Source: Chrysomallon squamiferum (lineage: Eukaryota > Animalia > Mollusca). Taken from it: a stretch of DNA of 64,000 bases. The position numbers were made by a program, and so were the translations under genes. Within the stretch, counting starts at the first letter, position 1, and every line of letters begins with the position of its first letter. Shown piece after piece: positions 36,829 through 48,800 of the stretch. The stretch spans positions 29,140,001 through 29,204,000 of the forward strand of contig CM022670.1 in assembly GCA_012295275.1 (NCBI GenBank). The letters run 5' to 3'. The notes beneath the pieces were generated by a model that had not been told where the DNA came from, searched no databases, and was given only the letters and a program-made list of their open reading frames with translations.

Positions 36829-39800
36829 ATGACAAAACGTGCATGTAACATGGATGCATATCTATCTCGACTTGGTCTCTGTAGAAAAACTATTGCCCGG
36901 GATGGGTCTTGTATTTTCCGTGCCGTGTCCGAAAAGGTTTGTAACAGTTTTAAATCAATCATTATTATTTACAGCACATGTTAAGTGCAAATGGGCCCGT
37001 GAATGAAACACGTGCTGCAAATGGGTTACTATTTGTGATGGACGTTCATGCAACTGTTCTGTCAGTTTAAGATATTTATTAAAACTGTTAATTTGTGTTT
37101 ACGAGTTCAATATCTGAAAGATAAATGTGTCTTTGACAGTTATTCATTTTCTTTTCATATTTTTTTTTTTTTTTTTTTTTTTTCTTACCACGTGCTAATA
37201 TATAGATTGACCTTAATGTCATGTATGTATCGGACGACAAAAGCGTTTTAATAATTGTCGTTGACAATTTTTAGATATCGTATTTAACTTCGTAAATAAC
37301 TCTTCTGCATTGAAAAGCTGGAATCACAGATCCGGTTAACTGATTTCAGATTTGTAAACTGTAATAAGACTTACAAATGATATTACATTTTGACTGCTGT
37401 TTATATTGGTAGATCATAAAGTAATCTATTGGACGTCCACATCAAGAGTAATAATATTGAATTTATAGTTAATATGAATTTCAATAAAACGTGCGTTTTT
37501 TTTTTTTTTTTGGTGTTTTTTTTAAATATGTCGTCTCGGTGTGGGTTTTGACGCACCTTCGTTAAGTAACAAGTGCGCAGAATCATGGACAAAATTTTGT
37601 TTACGGATTTTTAATTTTTACCTGCCAAATAAAGCAATGCTTCCCATTCATATGTTTGTAAGATTAAGCAATTAACCTAAGGTAATTTTTAGCCAAAAAT
37701 AAACAACCCCATATCTCCAAAATTTCACAATGAATTTTACCCACAAACTGCACAAAACACGCCCGTCTGCTGACAGTCAGAACACGATTAAACAGGCCAC
37801 AACGACTTCATTCTATTTTATTGGAACTCATTATGCATCAAAATACATACCGCATTAAAAAGGTAAGAATGTTACAGCAAACACATACTAACTTGAAACA
37901 AACAAAAACTCACAATATATATTGAATTTAATGTTTATCTTTTAATCATGTGTGTATGTATGTATATATATATAAAACGTTGTGTCTGTGTCAGTAATAA
38001 CAAGAAAAACATTGTTATTTGTGTACAAGGGATATTGTTGATTATCTGCGAGGATTATTACATAAGTCTTAACACAAGATCTTTGAAGCAGTTCTTATAA
38101 TTAACTTGTAAATTTATTAATAAAACTATTAATGTAATTTCTGTTATAGATTTTATTCATTGTTTGAATGTTTAAATATTATAAAATACAATTCACTTAA
38201 TATTTTAATAACATTTTATTCGTTACATTTGTGCAAAAAAGATCATTCACATGTTTTACTAACTGATTTTAAAAATGTATTTGAAAGGAAAATGTTTCAC
38301 ATTTGCAAAGATGATATTGAAATTATTAATATACGTTTTAAAGATCCATTAAGCTAAAATTCCATTAACATATCCAACAAAAGACAAATTCATAAGATTG
38401 ATTTTGAGTATTGCTACAGATATCATGTGTCACTTGGCTGCAAATTCAGTAAACTAATCGCTATATGTAGTATGAAGCAACAGTGTAAAAACTGAATGAT
38501 AGAATCCAGACTGTGACATCCAGCAAGGCGTTTCCAGATACATATTTGCAGGATTTTATAATTTAAAATATAATTTTATCATTTGTTCCTGTACTATCCA
38601 AACCTATTGGATGTCCAGTTAATGCATGGAAAAGCACAGTAAAAATACTAGTTAGGGATAAGTTCAGTGGTAGAAGTTGGAAAATGAATTTGTCTTTGTA
38701 TATTTAATTGGTTATATACAGGCTTTTTTTGACAACAGTGCTGTGCTAGTAGAAGGGTGTCTTCCCATTTGGTAGATTCCCAGTTCGTATAATTCCCATT
38801 TCATAGAAAAACCTGGTTTACCGCAATACCTGATTACCTCTGTACATAATGAACTTGGCCTGTGCATACATCTGGTTTCTTTCTAACATTCAGAGGGGAA
38901 GCGCATTGTTCCTAAATTTTTTTTTTTAAACTTTCATTTCTAATTCATAAACATTTCATTTCCGTTACAAAACAAGCGACCAATAATAAACAATTTTACA
39001 TCAATTTCATCTATCTATTAAAAAACAAAACGAAAAAAGAATGAAAGAAAAGAAAAATGGCTTGCTTCTGTAAGAGAATACGACAAAAATATTATAAATA
39101 ACTAATTCAGCAAATATAATTTTTAACAAAACATATGAGTAATTTACTTATATTCAGTAAATAGAGTATTTGAACGTTACATCTATCATTAACTTTTCGA
39201 ATTCAACCGTATTCAGCTTAAACATGTACAAGATATCTGTTACTGATAATATTTACGTTATGCACACATACATATTCAGATGGTGCACATATTATACGAT
39301 ATATGTGACATAGTATATTAATAGTGTGTACACTAAAGATATTATGACCTGCAAATACTTTGGCTATGACTGAAAAAGTTTATACGAAGGACCAAATCAT
39401 TGGGAATACTTTTAGATAAATACCTTCTTTTTTAATTATTTACATTCACTATATTCGATACATAGATTATTTCAATATTTGTCATATTTGCATACTTTAT
39501 GCGATAAGCAATATCCATAATACCTCAGATTAAAGATGTAATTGGTTCCAAAACTTCCAATAATTAAGTGAGGTAAGCGGGAGACTAATTTACATTGAAT
39601 TAAGGTTAAAAGCAGTGGTTACTTTCTCGCTGATGAGATCTGACATAAAAAAAAAAAGGTGAAATAAGGAGAAATAAAACGGCAGTTTAGACATAAATGA
39701 TTTAATAGATTGTAGATATTAAATAAACAGTAAATCATTTACAAATCAATTTATACAAATACATTAAGAAATAAGTATATGCCGCTCATTGTGGGTTTTG

Positions 39801-42800
39801 GTTTCATTTAAGATAATGTATTTTGTTTCTAAAGTTATTATCTTCCGTTTCTTTTTATCATCAGCATTTGCCGGTATACTGTTATTCGTTTTGACATATT
39901 GGAAGGGTAAATTACAAACGAGTTTAAGTCTAAATTGAAGCAGAAGACAAAAGAGAATCAGAATATCAGATGCACATATGACGTGTCAACTGATCAACAA
40001 AACTGAGAGAAGGTCGTGAATGAATGAAAAATTAAAGAAAAGGACTTAAAAACATGCACTGTATACATTTGTATCATTTATTTCGAGCAATTAACTATTA
40101 AATTAAATTTCTATTTATATAATTTGTAAAGAAGAAAGATTGTTAAAGCGTGATATCATTAAGCAAGATATTACTGTATTTATACAATAATAATCGCTTT
40201 CCAAATAATCTGGAGCAGCTCATTAAAATGACTGAGGTAAAACCAAACATGTCAATACAACCACTGAACCACATTTAGCCTTTCTACGAAATGGGATTCT
40301 ACCAGATGGGACTAAGCCAGTAGAAGGAGCAGGTTACTAGTACAACCTGCTCCTTCCACCAGCACAGCACTGTAGTAAAAAAAAAACTTAAAAAGAAAAA
40401 AACATGATACATGCTGAATTTGTATCTGCTTTAAGTGGATCTTTTTTTTTTTTTTTTTTTTTTTTTTCAAGTGAATAATAAAATTTAGTGAGTGTGTGTA
40501 TGTGTAAATGTGTATTTCTCTATCAAAATATTCTTCCAGGATTGTTTCTCTACCTTCAGTTTTTTTTTTCCAATGATTTACAAAGGCAAACAGAATTTAT
40601 TTTGACAATCAGTAACTGTCAACATAATTCTCTGATTTTGAAGTTACTAATAACAGACTATCTTTTACAGCTATTCCTAACTCAGTTTTATCACACTCGT
40701 GTCCAGCAAATGTGCCTACAGTATCTCTGGAGACACAGACAGGAATTTGCAGTTTCAGTAAGTATCTTGTATTTAATTCTGCATGTTTGTGTGTGAAAAA
40801 CTCCGTTCTTTTAATTTTTAATTATTACTTAACAAATGTACATTTCTCTTTTATTTCACTGTGTTGAATACAAAATAAGTGGGATGTAAAAATTACTGAA
40901 AAGTTCTGAATAAGTGAATAAAGGTTTAATAATATATCAATGCAGAATTCACAAACAAGAGTTAGTTGGAGAAATTGAAATGAAAATAATTAAGAAATAA
41001 TCCAGTTGTGGTAAAACAGAAGTTAAATAGATAAACTAACACAAAAGAATATATATCTCTGTGTTCATTATTTTAAACTGTGGATTTTTCATCACATAAA
41101 AGTTTTAAGAATCAATTCATTACTTACAAATACATCAGTTAATTTGCTCCTCTCTTTCTCACACACACACAGAATGGGTAATTCAAAATAAAATTGCACA
41201 AATAAGTATTTTGTATCTTTGTTCAAAGCAGCAGGAAAAAATCACACCAGAATGAGTCGACAAAATTTGCCAAATGGAATATTCATTTACTATATATTAA
41301 AACCAAATGACATAATGAATTATTTATTAAACATAACTCCAGAAGTTTTATATCTGTAGTGATATGTAACAGTATTATTACTGTTTTACTAACAAAATGT
41401 ATCGAAATTCGTAATTTTCTGTCAGATTGTATTTTCATAACATTTTGTTGTGATATCATATTAACAAAATAATTAACATTCACTAGGAAGGAGGTACATT
41501 TTTTTAAAGATAACTGTCTAGACAGTGGGGGGGGAGAAAAAAAAAAGAAGCACATTTTGGTTGTTGATAAAAACATTTATGTAAAACAAAATCATACCAT
41601 TCCTTTAAACCAGTGGTTCTCAACCTTTTTTTGTGAATGGCACACCTTGGAACACATGAAAAAAAAGCGGCACACCTGGCTAAATATATATGAAAAATAT
41701 TTCAATTTTGCAAAATAAAAACATGGCATGTCATAGACAGCATACAGTTGTAACTCAAGTTCAATATTGGAAGAATAATTTATGAAAGGATCTTTAATCC
41801 AGTCATACTTTTCTGTGTTTAATGACGGAAAGTAATTGATGCTTTTGTCCTGGGCTGTCAGATAAGTAAACACAATAGAGATCATTTCTCTAATGCAGGT
41901 AGAACGCAATAAAGGGAACATAACAAGATTGCCAGTGATTGCTCTTTTTTTTCCAAATCACAATTTTCTTTTTGAGGGCAACTAACTCGTCTGCTGAAGT
42001 GAGAATATTTTAGTTTTTAACCTTGCATACTACTGTTTATTTCATTTAGTTCACTAAATATTTCTGTTAGATATTCCATTTTAGACATTCAAGATTCGCA
42101 AGTAAGGTATTCACAGAACTTTCCTGGAGAAAAAATGATAGTAATTCCTTGTGCAGTTCGTGAACACGATTTAGTACTTTGCCTTTCGAAAGCCAGCGAA
42201 CCTCAGTGTGCATTAATAACTTAACATGCTGAGTCCATCTCTTTGCACAAATAATCATGACTTCAGTGGCCTACTTTTTATATAATTGATCATTCCAGTA
42301 ACTTGATGTAACACAACCTTTAAATCGTCCTGTGATATTTTTGAAACAAGAACTTCTCTATGTAGAAAGCAATGAGTACGAATGAGATTTGGATTTTCTT
42401 TTTCTACAAAATTTCGCGGCACACTTAGGAAGATATCGTGGCAAACCTGTGTGTGGCACACTGGTTGAGAATCACTGCTTTAAACATTGGAACACTTCTT
42501 TTTCTTCAGCCATTATTGTGTAACACTGATCTAATTTTTTAACAACTTTGTATTTACTTTCTGTGACATCATCAGTTGTTTAGGTCAAAAGTTCAAGATT
42601 TATTCAGGTTATGTTAAACAGCAGGACAGCATGCAGTCAATCCCATTTGATATTTTTCATAAATGCCACTGTATTAATAAAAGGTCATGGTATGGGCTAT
42701 CCTGTCTCAGGGATGGTGTATCCAAAAGATCTTGTTGTTAATTGTAAAGAGTATTCCTTACATGATGCTAAATGTTTCTTTGTTGTCTCAAAAGGTCTAA

Positions 42801-45800
42801 CCATTTGTCTAAATAAAACATTATTATCCTTTCAGAAGATCTAATAATTTATAATCACAAAATGCCCAGCTGCAGCTAACTTGAACAATTTTCTAAAATA
42901 ACACACACACACACACACACACATATATTTTATCAGAGTTAATGCAATTCAGATGTCATACTATGTGAGTTTTGTCTTCATCATTAATACACATTTCAGC
43001 TGTTTTAATATATCAGATCTTACATTAAACTTGATATTACTGAACTGATGTTTCTGTGGTTGATATGAAATAAAGTTGTTGCACAGCCAGACATGCATAG
43101 AAGGGCTTTCAGTAAATTTAAGTTACAAGTAGATACACATAATTCAGAAAACATTTATGTTGTCACACTTTCATATTTAGGAATGGCAAGGCCATGTGGA
43201 AATGATGGTTCTGTCTCGTCTGTACAGGTAACCTTTTACTATTATAACAAAGTTGTTATAGATGAACAATTAAAAAAACAAAGCCATACATTTTTTAACT
43301 GATACTGTTAATAATATAGAAACTTTTTTAAACTATTTTTTTATTATTTTTATTTTTTATATATTTTTTTACTTTGTCTAAATTATTTAAAATTGATGCC
43401 AAAAATTAATACATTATAAATTTAATTTCTTTTGCTATAAGGTGTCTAACTGATAATAGTTTCTCTCAACAGCAATAAAAAAACAAAAACAGTAATGATC
43501 CAAACATGAGATAATAATTTTATTCTAGAAAATCATGTATGCAGTAACTTTCAATCAGAATGATATACCCCATTTACCAGTTTTCAAAAGAATCTGAATT
43601 GTTTATAATTTGCATGTAAATTTATTTTAGCTTTATCACATTTACACTGATTTTTCAGAATTGACTTTATAATATTTCTAAGTCCGGGCAGCCCACCATT
43701 AAATGTTACAAACAACCACTATCAAGATAAGGTAGGTAATTACAGTGAAAGCTTGCACATCTACTAATGTTTTTTAATTTTTAACATTTGATTCACATCC
43801 TTTTACCTTTGATGTTCAAATAAAGATGATGGATTCTGAAGTGCACAGATGTTAGTACAATTAGCCAACACTGAATATAAGTTATCTTTTATTGCTAACT
43901 GATAAACCACAGCATGACAGCAGTATGTTTTCTTATAAAAAAACAGCAACAGTATGTATTAAACAAACATCTAATTATTCAGTGACATGTGCTGTATAAA
44001 TGACATTAGAACAGAAACAAAACATAAAATTAAAACTAATTAAAGACAACAGAAGATATTTATTCAGACAGTTTTATATGTTGCAGATATTTTTATGTTT
44101 TACTGACGGCGTCCACTTTGACATTGTGTACCCCCGGTCTGTTGTCCAGCACACAGCTCTCGTTCAGTGTGAGTAGCTCACCAATTACTCAGTCCTTTTT
44201 ACCAGATCAAATTTCAACTTGCCTGCAATAAAGAAACAAAAAATGCATAACTTCTTGTTTTTCTTACAGTTTCTTTATCATTTGTTCAGATTAAACATTG
44301 GGATAAAAATTACACAATTAGTTTCAAAAATAATTTGAGTTTTTTTATTAACTTCAGATTGCTTGTGTGTGTCATTAAGTTGGTGTGTTTGCAAGCATGT
44401 ACTAAATTGTATTATCTTATATAAAATATTGCCCTTAGGACCAGAGTTAAATATTATGAAAGACTACAATTTTGAAGGCTTTTTACTGAGTTTTATCATT
44501 TATGTGATAAGAGGCACACATAACTAGGGTAATTTTTTTTTTTTTTTTTTTCTTTTTAAACTTTTAGTTAAATTTAGCTCTGTTGTCCAGTATAAAAATT
44601 AAAAAAACGGTTTCTAATTTCAGCTATTGTTTATGAACTGTTGTATCACAGAGTGTTTGGCCTTACAACTGAAATAGAAGAATCAGTCAATTTTATCAGA
44701 CAACAGAAGAAAAGTGGCAGAAAAAGCTGTTTTTCAGAAGGGCAAGAAAAGTGAGTAAATTTTATTGCTTAATACAACATTTCTTTTATTCGTTTCTGTA
44801 CAAACTGGTGTTTTAAACATTCAGATGATGCCAAAAAAGTCAAAAGTGTATTGGGGTCATTCCGTGTCAAATCACCCAATGGGTTAAACCCGACCATCTC
44901 AGATTTTTATAAAACTTGGTATGGCCCCCCCCCCCAAATTTTACGATTTTTGGCAAAAACAAGGATTCCAAATCTGCTCATTCAGGTTTTAGTTAATCAG
45001 ATGTTAATGGCTGAAAAGGTGTTATTTTCATGTATGTGCATTTTTAAAATCTATATTGTGGCTAAACAAAAAATATTACACCCAGGAAACTTTTATATGT
45101 TTTAGTTAACATGTGGGAGATTAAATTTCAATAAATGTCATCTCAAGGTCATGTGATCCACATGGTCAATTTCAAGGTCATAGCAAAGGTCAAAAGGTAA
45201 ATGTACCCCAATATTTTCCAAACTGAACAAAAATGGCAGATTTGGAATCCTTGTCATATTGCCTTTTCAACAATACCAATTTTATGAAGATTGGCCCAGT
45301 AGTTCCTGAGATATGAGGGTTCTAAGGTTGCCAAAAATCTAAAAATTCGGTGGGCCATATCTCCCACACTACTGGTCTGATTGGGCTAAAATTTCAGATT
45401 TGGTGCTGTGGGATCCCAGTCAACAAGTATACCAAGTTTTATAAAAATCTGAGATGGGATTAAAATAAAAAAAATTGGGGGGTGATTGGGTAATTTGAAT
45501 TTTTCAGTAATCATATTTTAGTAGAAATAATGAAAGGAAAATGGATTCCAAATTTATTTTGTTCAGACATTTAAGAATCTTACATTAGTTTTATCTGAAA
45601 AAAAGGTATATCTTCAGTGAAAGGTTTTGTGATTATAATGGAGCAATATCCATTTTCATTTTTTCTGACTGGTGATAATCTGACTTCTTTGTCTCAGTTC
45701 AACAGAAAAAATGATGTTTTTGAAATACTGAACATGTTGATATTATTCATTCCTTTAGTAAGATGGATGTTTGTTAAAACTTCCAGTACAAGAGTGTATA

Positions 45801-48800
45801 CTGTAGTTATCCAACTTTGACACTCATCTGAAAATTAAATAATAATATTTTTGTTACTTGTGATTTGTGAGATACATGTTGAAAATGAATGTATGTTTCC
45901 CAAATTTAGGCCTTTTCTTACCACTGATCTTGAGAGTTCTATAAGCATTAAGCATATCATTGTATATGGATTTTTTTTATAAATATAGCATCCAGACACA
46001 CTTCATCCTTAATTTGTCCAGAATCTGGTGGAATCAAAGTGTTCCTGTATTATATTTATCTTAGTTTAGACATTCTAAATACTACTATAAATTTTTATAT
46101 TAATTCTGTCTGGAACTGTATACGCAACTACTTTGTAGAAGAGGTAAAAGAACAACTCAATTAAATGTAGAGAAAAACCAGAGAAAGTGTTTGCTTGTGT
46201 AAATACTCTGGTTAGATAGAGTCAGAGAAATGTAGTAGAAAGATTAAGTTAGGAACTTTTTTCTTTCCCATTTATTTTATTTAAAAAAAAAAAAAATTAA
46301 TAGCATTAGCTTGTCCTTTTATATGTTTAAAAAAAATAATATAAAATTATGAAATAATTATTACTTTATTTTTAAATTTAATTTATTTGCATGCAACTTT
46401 ACTGTAGCAGAATTAACATAATGTAGAACATTTTTATTTTAAATGACTGAAATGTGTAAATAATAAATATTATCAAGTATAATACTGATATATTAGTTTT
46501 CCTTCTGAATATTTTTAAATGTCATGTTACTGATGTGTGTTAAAAAAGTATTAAATGTTTTGTTTGTATTTATTGCAGTAATTACTTAAATCCACTTTGT
46601 CAAGCAGAGGTAAGTCTGCCTCTTTTATTAAATATTTGTTGTACTCAGGGTTTTAATGTACACAGTTACAGGCATTCCCAGATCCACTTACTTCATTTTG
46701 AAATGTAGAAAAGTGTAAATACATCAACTGTGACTAATTTATAAGAAAAACAGTTGTACATTTTGAAAATGATGTACACACACACACACACACACAGAGT
46801 AATGCATATATATATATATATATAAGTACTCAATTTATTTTCAGCAATAATCATAATAATGAAATACAAAATGCTGTTAGATGTATTAATATCAACAATA
46901 TAGTTTATTTCTGTTTTGTCTACTGGTCTCACAAACACTATTAAAAAAGAATGTAGATTAAAATTTAATATATTTATAAAACAACATTAATTAAAAAAAT
47001 TGTAGGTAAAACAGATGATTTTGGGGGTGTCTTTTTTTTGTTTGTTAGTTCTGCAAGCTGTTCATCACTTAAAGATTAAAAAAAAAAGATGAATTATACT
47101 CCACTTTCATTATAAATGTATTTCATCTTAGTTTAGACAGAACGTTATTGTCTAACAGAAAGCAGCCTGTAACACCATGCGACTTGTAGGATCTTTAGCA
47201 AACCTTCCAAAAACTAAAACATTCCTCCATGCATGAGCAGGTTTTAAGTGAAAAGCATAGATAGATATGTTTTTTGTTAGAAAAGTAGTATTTCAAACAG
47301 GTTATTTATAATATAAATTTTAACTGCATTTTAATATGCCCACTATCACTTGCATTAATGTCATGATTTACAGTACTTGGTAGATTGTTGCTTAGTTCCA
47401 AATAAAGGTGAGATTAAATGCCTAAATGATTGTGTTCTGGAAAAGAAAATGTAGGTACATTTAAATTAGGAAAAAAAAAAAAAAAAAAATCCTATTTGTT
47501 CATTAAATTTGTTAGGTTTTACATGAACTGTAACAATGTTTAAATTATGACAAACTTGCAATAATCCATATTAATGAATATTTTTAAAAATAAATTTTAA
47601 TAATTGGTAATGAAATTTCTTATATACCTAACATTGCTGTGTTGCAAATATAGAATTCAATGACTGGCCTTTACTTTAACATTCTACATTAGGATTTCAT
47701 GACCATCATCTGCTCTTACATTTTACACTATAGTACTATGTGACCACCTGCTACTGTTAAACTATTGACACATTTTATACTGTAGTATTTCATGACTGCA
47801 ACCTTGTCACATTCAGTACTGTAATATTTCATGACCAGTTATTATTGTAACATTCTGCACTGTAATTTTATTTCATGACCAGTTATTATTTCCACGTTCT
47901 GCAGCATACTATTGCTACATTCTACAACATCTAAAAAAGATCTGTGATGATCATATAACCAAAATTTATTTAAATGAAAATGAATTGGGGAAATATATGC
48001 AGTTTTAACCGTTTTATCAAACATTTGCTACCCTGAAATAATTATTAAAGGTATGATAAATAATATATAGGTTGTAATATATGAATGATCTCCTTTTGAA
48101 ACTGTACTTTCCTAACAATCCTATTCTTTTTGACAATTAATCAACTTCACATACATTTTGATTGCAATTATTACTTTGTCTTCTAAACCATGCTATATTT
48201 TTAATCATATATCGTGTGTAATAAAAATGTTTAGTCCTGTTTTCCTTTAGTAAAATCTAAATTGTTTTTGTAAATGTGTTACATTCCAAGAAACAAAGCA
48301 GGACAAAAATTAGCCACACAAAATCCACCCAAGACAAGAATTATTTTCTTTCATTGCAACAAAATTCTTCTGGCACTTTCAGTGGAATTTTTTCACTCAA
48401 ATACTTTTGCTTACCATCCAGCCCCTCCATCCTTGTAAGTAAGAATATCAGTAAGTGACTGGGATTCTGTAAAAGGCAAAATAATTCTGCAAAGTCTGGA
48501 TACTCTGCCAGATCATACCTTACCAGATAAATGATATGTGACCCTCAGCCAGAGGCTGATGAGTGAATTCTGGTGTTGAGACCTGAAGGACTCTGTTCTT
48601 TCAGCAATCCAGCTTTTCTGCCTTCTTGGTTTGGGTGCTATCTGCTGTATGAAATCTGTTTAATTTTTTATTAATCTTCAAACCAAGATGTTCCTGGATC
48701 AGACAGAAAGGTTTTAATATTTTATATAAAGTAGGTTACATTTATACATAATTTTAAAGCTAATGATAATATCATATTCTGTCTTGCGAATACATTTTGA

